A stretch of 22,843 bases of DNA from Pseudomonadota bacterium (GTDB lineage: Bacteria; Bdellovibrionota_B; Oligoflexia; Oligoflexales; CAIYRB01). The translations under genes were made by a program, and so were the position numbers. Shown here piece by piece: positions 1 to 9,422 of this stretch; position 1 is the first letter of the stretch, and each line of letters starts with the position of its first letter. The DNA lies in contig JANOTL010000191.1 of NCBI GenBank assembly GCA_031416315.1, positions 1 through 22,843 on the forward strand, given 5' to 3'. The notes under the pieces were generated by a model, which saw only the letters and a list, made by a program, of their open reading frames with translations, was not told the DNA's origin and made no database searches.

Positions 1-17
1 CGGATCGCGGGTCGCCG

Positions 18-1238
18 CTATCGGTTTCGGATGGCGGCCGCCTGAGTCCGCGCCGCGCCCGCGCCCCGCAGCGGGAAGATGACGGCGGTCGCGAGCAGCG
101 CGGCGGCCGCGCCGCACCAGTACGGCCAGGAGATGTGCTGGTCGTAGAGCGCGCCCGCGACGAGCGGACCCACGGCGCGGGCCAAGGCCGACATGCCCTG
201 GCCGAGGCCGATGACGCTGCCTTGCTCGTGCGCGTCGGCATTCAAGGACAAGAGGCTCGTCAAGGCCGGCGAAGCCATCGCCTGGCCGAACGCCATGACG
301 CAGAGCGCAAGGACCGCGCCCGTCAAAGTCGGGGCGATGCCGATCGCCGCGAGGCCAATGGCCATCACGACCGGCCCCGTGACGGCGAGCTTGCCCTCGC
401 CGAACTGCTTTGACAGCCGTCCGATGAGGCCGCCCTGCACGATCGCGACGACGACGCCCGAGAGGGTAAACAAGAGACCTAGAGTGCGGGCGTCGACGGC
501 GAACCGGTCGGCCGCAAGCAGCGCGAAGGTCGCCTCCATCGCGACCATGCCGAAGGTCACGAGAAAGCCGGCGATCAGGATGGGGCGGATGGACCCGCGT
601 CCCAGCGCCTCGAAGAGCGCGCCCACCGAAGCTTTGCGCGCCGCGCCGCTCGCGTCCGGCGCGCGCACGGGCTCTTTCAGCTTCACGTAGGCGAAGACCC
701 AGTTGGCGGCCGCGAGGCCGGCCGCGACGAAGGCGGCGCCGCTGAAGCCATAGTTCGCCAAGGCCGCGCCTAAGGCTGGCCCGAAAACGAAGCCCATGCC
801 GATCGAGGCGCCGAGGAGGCCCATGAACTTGGCGCGTTCGGCCGGCGCCGTGACGTCGGCGACATAGGCCTGCGCGGCGGAGATGCTGCCGCCGCAGAGT
901 CCAGCGCCGAGCCGAGCCACAAAGATGAGGCCCAAGCCGTCGGCGACGCCCATCAGCGTCATCGCCGCGACCGATCCCGCCAGCGTCGTGAGAATCACCG
1001 GCCGGCGGCCGTAGCGATCCGAGAGACGGCCCATGATGGGCGCGCCGACGAACTGCGCCGCCGAGTACGCGGTCATCAGCGCGCCGAGCATGAGGCCCGA
1101 TGCGCCAAACGTACGCGCCGCATACGGCATTAAGGGAATGATGATCCCGAAGCCCAAGAGATCGAGGAACACGGTGGCGTAGACCGCGAAGAGTCCGGCT
1201 TTGCGCGACGGCGCGAGAGGGGAAACGCTGGAGCTCAA
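18..1238 (-). CDS. MFS drug:H+ antiporter (TetA/DHA1 family)
   Basis: About 12 hydrophobic segments, TM1 'VFLDLLGFGIIIP', motif A 'GRLSDRYGRRPV', antiporter motif C 'GFVFGPALG'. The ORF track starts at 1376. A TTG at 1238 preceded by GGGAG (6-nt spacing) gives a typical ~406-aa protein. ATG 1307 is an alternative start. Confidence 0.9.
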   Translation of the reverse strand: MSSSVSPLAPSRKAGLFAVYATVFLDLLGFGIIIPLMPYAARTFGASGLMLGALMTAYSAAQFVGAPIMGRLSDRYGRRPVILTTLAGSVAAMTLMGVADGLGLIFVARLGAGLCGGSISAAQAYVADVTAPAERAKFMGLLGASIGMGFVFGPALGAALANYGFSGAAFVAAGLAAANWVFAYVKLKEPVRAPDASGAARKASVGALFEALGRGSIRPILIAGFLVTFGMVAMEATFALLAADRFAVDARTLGLLFTLSGVVVAIVQGGLIGRLSKQFGEGKLAVTGPVVMAIGLAAIGIAPTLTGAVLALCVMAFGQAMASPALTSLLSLNADAHEQGSVIGLGQGMSALARAVGPLVAGALYDQHISWPYWCGAAAALLATAVIFPLRGAGAARTQAAAIRNR

Positions 1239-1338
1239 GAGCCTCTCCCGACTGGGCAAATACGCGTAGGGGCTTTCATAGTCGGCGATGCTTGCCGGTT
1301 TGTCCATGGGGCCCTTGGGGTAGCCAGCCCGAGGGGTA

Positions 1339-1366
1339 TTGCTTTCGCTTTCCAATGACTTAGATT
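1339..1366 (+). promoter_or_regulatory. Candidate sigma70 promoter for the tetR-efflux operon
   Basis: TTGCTT-N16-TAGATT upstream of the tetR ATG (1418). Motif match by eye only. Confidence 0.4.
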
Positions 1367-1386
1367 GAGTGTACACCTTGGATCGC

Positions 1387-1409
1387 TGACCAAATCAGTC
1401 ACCTGGTCA
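1387..1409. promoter_or_regulatory. Candidate TetR operator (inverted repeat)
   Basis: TGACCA-N11-TGGTCA with a nested TGAC-N7-GTCA (1387-1401), 8 nt upstream of the TetR start codon. Confidence 0.65.
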
Positions 1410-1417
1410 TTTCGACG

Positions 1418-2032
1418 ATGTCGCGAGCGCAGGAAAAAGAATCGAAAGAAGCGCATATCCTCGAGTGCGCCGCGCGCCTCTTCGCGCGTTTCGGCCTCAG
1501 GAAAACCACGATAGACGACATCGCGCGCGACGCCGGCCTGGGTAAAGGGACGATCTACCTCTACTTCGAGAGCAAAGAGGCCATTTTCACTGCGTTCATC
1601 AAGAACGAGATGGCGCAGACGGTGAAGAAGCTCAAGCGCGAGGTTGAGCGCGCGGTCTCCGTCGAGGACAAGCTGAAGCGCTACCTCCATTCGAACGTGC
1701 GCTACGTCGCCGAGCGCATGAAGCAGCTCGGCGTGACGCGCGACTCCATCCTCGAGTCGCATCTGCTCATGCCGGAGATGGACAAGCTCAGAGACGACTG
1801 CCGCGCCGAGGTCCGCGAGGTCCTGCGCGGCATCGTCGAAGAAGGGATGCGGCTCGGCATTTTCCGCGTACGCGACCTCGACATCGCGCTGCTCGCCATC
1901 TCCTCGACCGTCGAAGGGCTCCTCTCCCCGTGGTGCGGCTTGGGCCGCAACCTCCCGGTCGAGGCGACCGTCGACGCGCTCTCCCAATTTCTGATCGAAG
2001 GACTGAGAGGCTCCGAGCATGCGCAAGCTTGA
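1418..2032 (+). CDS. TetR/AcrR family transcriptional regulator
   Basis: N-terminal HTH 'ILECAARLFARFGLRKTTIDDIARDAGLGKGTIYLYFESKEAIF'; 204 aa; overlaps the next gene by 14 nt. Confidence 0.95.
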   Translation: MSRAQEKESKEAHILECAARLFARFGLRKTTIDDIARDAGLGKGTIYLYFESKEAIFTAFIKNEMAQTVKKLKREVERAVSVEDKLKRYLHSNVRYVAERMKQLGVTRDSILESHLLMPEMDKLRDDCRAEVREVLRGIVEEGMRLGIFRVRDLDIALLAISSTVEGLLSPWCGLGRNLPVEATVDALSQFLIEGLRGSEHAQA

Positions 2033-3344
2033 ATTCCTGGTGATTCCTTTGGCCCTGAGCGCCCTGTCGTGGTCGTCTGGTGCTCGAGCGGTGGCCTTGA
2101 CCTTCGACGCCACGGTCGCCAGAGCTCTCGAGAGCTCGACGCGCGTCAAGGCGACCGCGCACGAGCTGGAAGCCGCCGTCGAACGGCGCCGCGCCTCGTG
2201 GGCCGACGCGGGTCCCCGCGTCAGCGCCGACTTCAGCGAGGTGCACTTCGAGGACGAGCAGACGGCGCAGCTCGGCGCGCAGGAGGTCTTGCTCCGTCCG
2301 AAGGTGACGCGCTCGGCGAGCATCACCGCCTCGCAGCCCTTGACCGGTGCGGTCGCCCTCATCGCCAAGGCCGGGTTGGACGGCACGACCGAGGACGTGA
2401 AGGCGCTCGCGCTCGCGCAGGCGAAGATCGAGACGGCGTTCGCCGCCGCCGAGGCTTGGCTGCGCGCCGCCGAGAAAGAGAAGCTCGTCAAGGTCGCGAC
2501 CGAGTCGGTCGCGGCCGCCGAGAAACAGTCGCAAGACGGCGCCGCGCTCGAGCGCGCCGGCCGCATCAACCGCGGCGACTTGCTGCGTTTACAGCTGGCG
2601 ACCTCGGAGGCGAAAGCGCGCCTCGCCGGCGCGCGCGCGGCGGCGGAGATCGCCTTCGCCGTCCTGCGCGAGACCGTCGGCATGCCGGCCGGCACCACGA
2701 TCGAGGTCCAAGGCGCGCCCGAAGCTCAGGTCGTGGCGGAAAAAGAGACCCCGGCGCCCGCCGGCGACGTCCAAGGCGCGCTGAAGAGCCGCCTCGAGCC
2801 GCAGCAAGCCGCCCTCGGCGTCGAGATCGCAGGTTTCTACAAGAAGCTCGCCTATTCGCAATTCTCGCCGAACGTGAACGTCTTCGTGAAATGGGAGCGG
2901 AACCTAGGCGAGCTCGCCGGCGGCCTCGGCGGCACGCCGAAGCGCGACGCGAAGACGTACGGCATCACCGCCAACTGGCTCCTGTGGGACAACATGAGCC
3001 GCGTGTTCCAGGTGCGTCAGGCGTCCGAGGAAGTCGCGCGCACGGAGGCGCTGAAGAGCGGTGCCGAAGCGGCGATCCGGCTCGACGTCGCCTCGGCCGA
3101 GGCGATGCTGAAAGCCTCGCGCGAGAGCCTGGCGCTCGCCGTCAGCGCCGTCACGCAGGCCGACGAGTCCTACCGCATCGAGGAGGCGCGCTTCAAGACC
3201 GGCTCCCGCTCGGCCACCGATCTCATCCTCTCGGAGGCCTCGCGGACGGGCGCCCGCGGTCGCCTCGTCACGGCGCGCACCGACTTCGAGGCTTCGCGCC
3301 TGAAGCTCGCGAAGGCCCTGGGCCAGGACCGTCCGAAACTCTGA
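2019..3344 (+). CDS. TolC-family outer membrane efflux protein
   Basis: Signal peptide, two OEP-like helical repeats, C-terminal 'RFKTGSRSATDLI'; GAGAGG RBS; lies upstream of MFP and RND genes. Confidence 0.9.
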   Translation: MRKLEFLVIPLALSALSWSSGARAVALTFDATVARALESSTRVKATAHELEAAVERRRASWADAGPRVSADFSEVHFEDEQTAQLGAQEVLLRPKVTRSASITASQPLTGAVALIAKAGLDGTTEDVKALALAQAKIETAFAAAEAWLRAAEKEKLVKVATESVAAAEKQSQDGAALERAGRINRGDLLRLQLATSEAKARLAGARAAAEIAFAVLRETVGMPAGTTIEVQGAPEAQVVAEKETPAPAGDVQGALKSRLEPQQAALGVEIAGFYKKLAYSQFSPNVNVFVKWERNLGELAGGLGGTPKRDAKTYGITANWLLWDNMSRVFQVRQASEEVARTEALKSGAEAAIRLDVASAEAMLKASRESLALAVSAVTQADESYRIEEARFKTGSRSATDLILSEASRTGARGRLVTARTDFEASRLKLAKALGQDRPKL

Positions 3345-3391
3345 AGCTGAGCTGACGCCTTAACGCGCTGAATTCTGGAGAAGGAGCCCCC

Positions 3392-4324
3392 ATGCGGACG
3401 TGGAAGATCGCGACTCTCGTGGTGACCGCGGCAGCCCTCGCCGGCTGTCCCGAGACGACAGACGACAAGGTGAGCCTGCCGGCAAGGCCTGCAGCGCCGG
3501 TCGTCGCGGACGGCGGCGGCGAGGTCGCCACGCCCGCGCCTGGCGGCGGTGTCGTCACTTCGCCGGCCGAAGCCGAGACGGCCGCGGCGACTCCGGTGCC
3601 CGTCGCGCCGCAAGCGCCCGCAGCCGTCGTGATGCGCCTCAATGGGCAGGTAACGGCGATCCGGACCTCAAAGCTCGCCTTCGAGGCGGTTGGCTTCGTC
3701 AAGGAGGTCATAGCGAAGCCCGGCCACGTCGCGAAAAAAGGCGAGGTCCTCGCGACGCTCGACGACGACGACTTCAAGCTGCGCCTTGATCTCGCCACGG
3801 CGCGACGCGAGCTGGCGAAAGTCGGCGTCGCCGCGGCGAAGAAGGAGCTCGAGCGCGAGCGCCAATTGAAGGCCGAGAACGCCTCGACCGCAAGCGTGTG
3901 GGACAAGGTCGAGAACGGCTACGAGCAGGCCCGCCTCCAGCTGCGGCTCGCGGAGCTCGACGTGACGCAGGCCGAGCGCTCGCTCGCCGACACCAAGCTC
4001 AAGGCCCCGTACGATTGCGTCGTGTCGGCGCAGCTGAAGTTCGAGGGCGAGAACGTCGCCGCCGGCAGCGTCGCGATCGAGGTCGTCGACGTCACCGCGC
4101 CGGAGGTCACCTTCGACGCGCCGGAGGCGCTCCTCGGCAAGCTCGAGATCGGCGCGAAGCTCGACGTCGACGTGCCTGCCGGCGGCTTCAAGGGCCAGGC
4201 CGAGATCGTCCGCTTGATCCCCGTCATCGCCGAAAAGACGCGGACCTTCCGCGTCATCGCCAAGCTCCCAGAAGGCGCGGTCAAGGTCGCGCCGGGCTCC
4301 TACGCCGAAGCCAAGATCGACTGA
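3392..4324 (+). CDS. RND periplasmic adaptor (membrane fusion protein), lipoprotein
   Basis: Lipobox LAGC, lipoyl-like 'GFVKEVIAKPGHVAKKGEVLATLD', alpha-hairpin, 'LKAPYD', 'TRTFRV'; AAGGAG RBS. Confidence 0.92.
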   Translation: MRTWKIATLVVTAAALAGCPETTDDKVSLPARPAAPVVADGGGEVATPAPGGGVVTSPAEAETAAATPVPVAPQAPAAVVMRLNGQVTAIRTSKLAFEAVGFVKEVIAKPGHVAKKGEVLATLDDDDFKLRLDLATARRELAKVGVAAAKKELERERQLKAENASTASVWDKVENGYEQARLQLRLAELDVTQAERSLADTKLKAPYDCVVSAQLKFEGENVAAGSVAIEVVDVTAPEVTFDAPEALLGKLEIGAKLDVDVPAGGFKGQAEIVRLIPVIAEKTRTFRVIAKLPEGAVKVAPGSYAEAKID

Positions 4325-4347
4325 AACACCCTGTGAGGTGAGCTGCC

Positions 4348-7300
4348 ATGTTTCTTTCTGATGTCTCGATCCGTCGCCCCGTCACCGCGACGATCATGAA
4401 CGTCGTGCTCATCGTCTTCGGGCTCTTCTCGTTGCCGCGTCTGGCGATCGACCAGATGCCCGACGTCGATTTCCCCGTCGTCACGATCAGCGTCCTCTAT
4501 CCCGGCGCCGACCCGGAGACGGTCGAGCAAAGAATCCTGGAGCCCCTCGAGCAGGCGGTGAACTCGATCGGGGGCCTCGACAAGATCTCGTCGACCGCCT
4601 ACCCAAGCCTCGGACAGATCGTCCTCCAGTTCAAGCTGGAGAAGAACGGCGACCAGGCCGCGCAGGCCGTGCGCGACAAGGTCTCTGCCGCCGTCGGTCT
4701 CCTTCCCGACGAGGCCGAGGCGCCGATCGTGCAGAAGTTCGACATCGGCGGCGCGCCGATCCTGAACATCGCCGTCTCCGGCGATGGCATCGGCTACGAC
4801 AAGCTCTCCGCCTTCGCCAAGGACGACGTCGAGAAGATGCTGCAGCGGATCGACGGCGTCGCGACGGTCAACTCCGCCGGCATCCGCGAGCGCGAGGTCC
4901 AGATCAAGGTCGACCGCGACCGGCTGGCCGGCTTCGGCCTGACGCCGCAGGACGTGATGCAGGCCGTCCAGCAGCAAAACCTCGACATGCCGGCCGGCCG
5001 GGTGAAGCAGGAGGCGACCTACCAGACGCTCCGCGTCAAAGGGCGCCTCTCGAACGCGGCGCAGATCGCGGCGCTCCCGATCACGAAAGCGGGCGGCGGC
5101 ACGATGCGTGTCGGCGACGTCGCGACCGTCGAGGACACGATCGCCGAGGAGACTACGGCGGCTTTCATCGGCAAGACGCCGACCATCTTGATGTCCTTGC
5201 AGAAGCAGGCGGGCTCCAACACCCCGGCCGTCGCCGCGGCGGCGATCAAGGCGCTCGAGAAGCTGAAGGAGCGGACGCCGCAAGGCGTGAAGATCGAGGT
5301 CGTCACCGACAACTCGAAGTATATCAAGGGCTCGATCGACTCGGTGAAGCTCGACTTGGTGCTGGGCGCCGCGCTCGCGACCTTCATCGTCCTCGTCTTC
5401 CTGCGTCATTTTTGGATTACGGTGATCTCCGCCGTCGCCCTGCCGACGGCCGTCATCGCGACCTTCGCCTTCCTGCAGTCGATGGGCTTCACGCTCAACA
5501 TGATGACGACGCTCGGCCTGTCGTTGTCGATCGGCATTCTCATCGACGACGCCATTATCGTGGTCGAAAACATCGCGCGCCATTTGGCGATGGGGAAGGA
5601 CGGCCCCCGCGCCGCCAAAGACGCCGTCGACGAGATCGGCCTCGCCGTCGTCGCCACGACCGCCACGATTTGCGCCGTGTTCGTCCCGGTCGCCTTCATG
5701 GAAGGCATCATCGGCCGCTTCTTCTACCAGTTCGGCCTGACGGTCGCCTTCGCCGTCGCGGTCTCCCTCTTCGTCGCGTTCACGCTGACGCCGATGCTGT
5801 CGGCGCGTCTTCTAAAGGCGGACGCGGGCGGCCACCACGTCCCACTCCTCGCCGTCCCCTCGGCGATGATCGAACGCTTCTTGGTCGGCATCGAGTCGGC
5901 CTACAAGCGCATCCTGATCTGGTGCCTAGGTCATCGCGCCATCACGCTCGCGCTCGGCGTCGCGACCTTCGTCCTGTCGATCGTGCTCCTGCGCTTCGTG
6001 CCGGTCTCCTTCTTCCCGAAGGAGGACCGCTCGCAGTTCAACATCGCGTATACGCTCCCCGAGGGGACGACGCTCGAGGAGTCGAAGAAGCGCGCGTTCC
6101 AGCTCGTCGAGGCGCTCCAGGAGTATCCGGGGGTCGACAAAGTCGTCACGGCGATCGCGGCGACCCGCGAAGCGAAGCCGAACAAGCTCCGGCTCGACGT
6201 CCTCCTCGTGCCGAAGGACAAGCGCTCGTTCTCGCAGGCCGACTTCATGGTCCGGGTGCGCGACGACCTCGCCAAGCGCTTCAGCGACGGCGGCAAAGCG
6301 GAATTCTTGGTCCAGGACAACGATGGCGGCGGCGGCGGCGGTCGCTCGCAGCCGATACAGCTGATTCTGACCTCCGACGACTGGGAAGCGCTGTCGAAGT
6401 ACGCCGACGAAGTGAAGACCTTCGTCGCCAACGAGGTCCCGGGCGCGGTCGACGTGGCGACGACCAAACCGAAGTCGCAGCGTGAGTTCCGCATCGAGGT
6501 CGACGCGTCCCGAGCGGCGGACCTCGCGGTCAGCTCGGCCCAGGTCGGCGGCGTGCTCCGTGCCCTTTTCGAGGGCGACAAGATCAGCGAGGTGCAGGAA
6601 GCCGGCAAGACTTACGACGTCCGTATGCGCATCGCCGACAAGGACCGCGTGCGCCCCGAGGACATCGCCGCCGTCACGATCACCAACCGCCGCGGCGAGC
6701 AGATCTCGCTCGGCTCACTAGCGCAGATCCGCGAGTCGGAGGCGCCGTCGGCGATCGAGCGCTACGACGGCCAACGCCAGATCGTCGTGCTCGCCAACTT
6801 CACCGGCAAGGACTTGCGCGGCGCCACGGAAGCGATCAAGAAGAAGGTCGCCGCGACCATCCCGCCCCAAATCGGCTCGAACCTCTCGGGTCAGGCCGAG
6901 ATCATGGAGAAATCGATCAACGCGATGCTCCGCGCCCTGGCGACAGCCGTCCTCCTCGTCTTCATGGTGATGTGCGCCCAATACGAGCGCTATCTCGCGC
7001 CGCTCGTCATTATGGCGGCCCTGCCCCTTTCCCTCGCCGGCGCCTTCGGCTCCCTGCTCATCACCGGACAGGTGATGTCGATCTACTCGATGATCGGAAT
7101 CATCCTTCTGATGGGCATCGTGACGAAGAACGGCATTCTGCTCATCGACTTCGCCCTGCAGCGCATCAACCAAGGCGCGAGCGTCATGGCCGCGCTCCTC
7201 GAGGCCGGGCCGATCCGTCTGCGCCCGATCTTGATGACGACCTTCGCCGCGGGCGGCGGCATGCTGCCGATCGCGATCGGTCACGGCGAAGGCGGCGAAG

Positions 7301-7482
7301 CGCGGTCGCCGATGGGCGTCGCGGTCATCGGCGGTCTCTTGATGTCGACCTTCCTGACCCTCGTCGTCGTCCCCTGCCTCTTCTCGGCGGTGGAGGGCGG
7401 ACGCGAGCGCTTCAAGAACCGCCGGTGGCTGCGTTTCGGTGGGGCGCCAGAGCATGAGTTGCCGCCGCGAGCGGCCAGCTAA
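4348..7482 (+). CDS. AcrB/AcrD/AcrF-family RND efflux permease
   Basis: 1044 aa; N-terminal 'SIRRPV', proton-relay '[13 protein letters not shown]' and 'KNGILLIDF', 'RLRPILMTT'; GAGGTG RBS. Confidence 0.97.
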   Translation: MFLSDVSIRRPVTATIMNVVLIVFGLFSLPRLAIDQMPDVDFPVVTISVLYPGADPETVEQRILEPLEQAVNSIGGLDKISSTAYPSLGQIVLQFKLEKNGDQAAQAVRDKVSAAVGLLPDEAEAPIVQKFDIGGAPILNIAVSGDGIGYDKLSAFAKDDVEKMLQRIDGVATVNSAGIREREVQIKVDRDRLAGFGLTPQDVMQAVQQQNLDMPAGRVKQEATYQTLRVKGRLSNAAQIAALPITKAGGGTMRVGDVATVEDTIAEETTAAFIGKTPTILMSLQKQAGSNTPAVAAAAIKALEKLKERTPQGVKIEVVTDNSKYIKGSIDSVKLDLVLGAALATFIVLVFLRHFWITVISAVALPTAVIATFAFLQSMGFTLNMMTTLGLSLSIGILIDDAIIVVENIARHLAMGKDGPRAAKDAVDEIGLAVVATTATICAVFVPVAFMEGIIGRFFYQFGLTVAFAVAVSLFVAFTLTPMLSARLLKADAGGHHVPLLAVPSAMIERFLVGIESAYKRILIWCLGHRAITLALGVATFVLSIVLLRFVPVSFFPKEDRSQFNIAYTLPEGTTLEESKKRAFQLVEALQEYPGVDKVVTAIAATREAKPNKLRLDVLLVPKDKRSFSQADFMVRVRDDLAKRFSDGGKAEFLVQDNDGGGGGGRSQPIQLILTSDDWEALSKYADEVKTFVANEVPGAVDVATTKPKSQREFRIEVDASRAADLAVSSAQVGGVLRALFEGDKISEVQEAGKTYDVRMRIADKDRVRPEDIAAVTITNRRGEQISLGSLAQIRESEAPSAIERYDGQRQIVVLANFTGKDLRGATEAIKKKVAATIPPQIGSNLSGQAEIMEKSINAMLRALATAVLLVFMVMCAQYERYLAPLVIMAALPLSLAGAFGSLLITGQVMSIYSMIGIILLMGIVTKNGILLIDFALQRINQGASVMAALLEAGPIRLRPILMTTFAAGGGMLPIAIGHGEGGEARSPMGVAVIGGLLMSTFLTLVVVPCLFSAVEGGRERFKNRRWLRFGGAPEHELPPRAAS

Positions 7483-7511
7483 GACGCCGTCCCGAACCCG
7501 CCAAGGCCGCG

Positions 7512-8231
7512 CTAAATGGACACCCGAAGGCTCGCCAGAGTCAGCAAGATCCGGAAAGAAGAAGTCTTCAACTTCGACTCGGCGTCCGCGCTCGAGTCGT
7601 AACCGATGCCGACGCCGCCGGCATAGCTCACGTTCTTCGCGAGCGGCACGACGACGAGGCCCTCCGCTTCGAAGCCGAAACCCGAACTCTCGGTCTTGGT
7701 CTCGGTCTCAACCTCGGGATCACCGGATTTGGTGGTCGTCGTGGATGAGCTCGAGGCGTAACGCACGCCGCCGCGGGCCTCGACCGCGAACTTCCCGAGC
7801 TTCTGCGAACCCACGCCGTAGGCGCCGAGGAGCATCCTCGAACTCTCGGTCTCAGGCTCCTTCGTCGAAGTCGAGTTGTAACCGAAGTCGGCGCCGACCT
7901 CGAGCTTCGGCATCACCATGAACCCGAGCGATAGCACCTTCGCGTCGGCGAAAGGATTGAGGGCGACCACGAACTTCGCCCAAAAGACCGAAATCTCGGC
8001 TTCCTCGAGGAGCGCCGTCGCAACGCCGCCCGAGTCGTTCTTGGTCTCTTCGCCTTCGTCCGGCGTCAGGGTCTGCGAATCGCTGACGTAGTGCAGCATC
8101 GGGAGCGAGAGCCTGACCTGCGTCTCAGCGCGCGCCGCGGTCGACATCGTGGATGCGGCGGTCAACGCCAGGGCAATCGAGGCCGAGACGAAAACTGGAG
8201 TTGTGCGGCGGATAGGCGGCGTTTTACTCAT
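7512..8231 (-). CDS. Putative outer-membrane beta-barrel protein
   Basis: Signal peptide ending 'AARA', then alternating amphipathic strands (e.g. 'LEVGADFGY', 'FAVEARGGVRY', 'FGFEAEGLVVV', 'VSYAGGVGIGY') separated by Ser/Thr/Glu-rich loops. Start taken at ATG 8231 rather than the ORF-track start at 8324. Confidence 0.65.
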   Translation of the reverse strand: MSKTPPIRRTTPVFVSASIALALTAASTMSTAARAETQVRLSLPMLHYVSDSQTLTPDEGEETKNDSGGVATALLEEAEISVFWAKFVVALNPFADAKVLSLGFMVMPKLEVGADFGYNSTSTKEPETESSRMLLGAYGVGSQKLGKFAVEARGGVRYASSSSTTTTKSGDPEVETETKTESSGFGFEAEGLVVVPLAKNVSYAGGVGIGYDSSADAESKLKTSSFRILLTLASLRVSI

Positions 8232-8241
8232 GACCGTGCAT

Positions 8242-8324
8242 CGGCTTTTCCCGAGCGAGCATAAGCTCAACCCTGCCGGTTTACGGCCGAAAAGCCGCAT
8301 TGGGTAGCCAGCGTAAGCTCCCAA
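8242..8324 (-). promoter_or_regulatory. Multi-stem structured 5' leader upstream of the beta-barrel gene (unassigned family)
   Basis: 9-bp outer stem CGGCTTTTC/GAAAAGCCG (8242-8250/8289-8297) enclosing two hairpins, plus an adjacent hairpin at 8300-8324. Confidence 0.4.
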
Positions 8325-8418
8325 AACTCTCCAAGCTTCCCAAGTGTATTAGGGTCGTTCCGCCAAGTTTCAGAGTCGCGATCTTGACGGTGTTTAAGGG
8401 AAGGACCGTCTGAAGCCC

Positions 8419-9114
8419 TCACTGCGTTCCGGGGTCGTGCGTCAGACGCGCATCGCCCTCGATCGGAATCGCGGGACCGAAGAACTTCGGCCCCGTTCCC
8501 AGGATCTCGATGTCGAGCGCCGCCTTGGCGCGGGCGAGAAATTCCCGGCGCGCATAGTGGCCCGCGTAGGCGTAACGCCGGCGGTCCGCGACGAGCCCGA
8601 CTGCGTCGATGCCGGCCGCGCGAGCAAGATAGATGCTGCGCGCGAGGTGAAATTCTTGCGTGACGACGATCGCGGAGCGCACGCCGAAGACGGCGGCGGC
8701 GCGCCGCATCGAGTCGAGCGTGCGAAAGCCGGCGTGGTCGAGGAAGATCGCGTCGTTGGGGACACCTTCGGCCAGAAGGCGAAGACGCATCGCGCGCACC
8801 TCGTCGTATTCGGCGGTGCCGTGATCGCCAGAGACGAGGATGCGCGCGGCGCGGCCTCCGCGATAGGCAGCCGCCGCCGTCATGATGCGATCCTCGAGGA
8901 CGTTGGAGAGGCGGTCGCCGTGGACGGCCGCACCCGGAACGATGAGCGCGTAGCGCGCCGGAACGTCGGCTGCGGCGCGGAAAATCAGCCCGTCGGTCGA
9001 CTCCGCCACCCAAAGATTGGCGAGCCCGCAAACGCCGACACCGGCGCCAGTGACGCCGAACAGCGCAAGGAGAACGCGCCCCCAGCGGATCTTCGGCCAG
9101 GCTCGGTCACGCAT
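8419..9114 (-). CDS. sanA: SanA/YdcF (DUF218, ElyC-like) membrane-anchored envelope protein
   Basis: N-terminal TM helix; 'LIVPGA', 'ILVSGDHG..EYDEVRAM', 'IFLDHAGFRTLDS', 'IVVTQEFHLARSIYLA', 'REFLAR', 'PKFFGP.I' match SanA-family signatures. Overlaps the ferredoxin stop (ATGCGTGA). Confidence 0.9.
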   Translation of the reverse strand: MRDRAWPKIRWGRVLLALFGVTGAGVGVCGLANLWVAESTDGLIFRAAADVPARYALIVPGAAVHGDRLSNVLEDRIMTAAAAYRGGRAARILVSGDHGTAEYDEVRAMRLRLLAEGVPNDAIFLDHAGFRTLDSMRRAAAVFGVRSAIVVTQEFHLARSIYLARAAGIDAVGLVADRRRYAYAGHYARREFLARAKAALDIEILGTGPKFFGPAIPIEGDARLTHDPGTQ

Positions 9115-9409
9115 CCTCGACCTCGACCTCGCAGTCGCCTAAGATCCGCGTCTGGCAGGCGAGCCGCTCGTTCGGCTCGGCGCGCATCGCCTTCAGAAAG
9201 TCGGCCTCGGATTTCGTGTGCGGGCCTAGGCTCTCTAGGCCTTCGCGCACGCGGATGAGGCAGATGCCGCAGTCGGCCTCGCGGCAGTCGAACTCGAGCG
9301 GCGCTTCCTTGTGCCGCGCGCACACAGCCTGAAACCCTAGGCCTTTGCGGACGAGGTAAGTCGTCTGCTGACCGCGGGCCCAGATTTTGACGGTGACGTC
9401 CTCGCTCAT
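9107..9409 (-). CDS. 2Fe-2S ferredoxin
   Basis: C-x4-C-x2-C 'CREADCGIC' and 'RLACQ'; 100 aa from ATG 9409. Confidence 0.92.
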   Translation of the reverse strand: MSEDVTVKIWARGQQTTYLVRKGLGFQAVCARHKEAPLEFDCREADCGICLIRVREGLESLGPHTKSEADFLKAMRAEPNERLACQTRILGDCEVEVEDA

Positions 9410-9422
9410 GCCCGTGACACTA

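Noticed and set aside
1235..3355. Long overlapping ORFs (1235-2698 minus, 2069-3355 plus) and similar ones elsewhere
   Set aside because: Off-frame or antisense shadows of well-supported genes, with no motifs.
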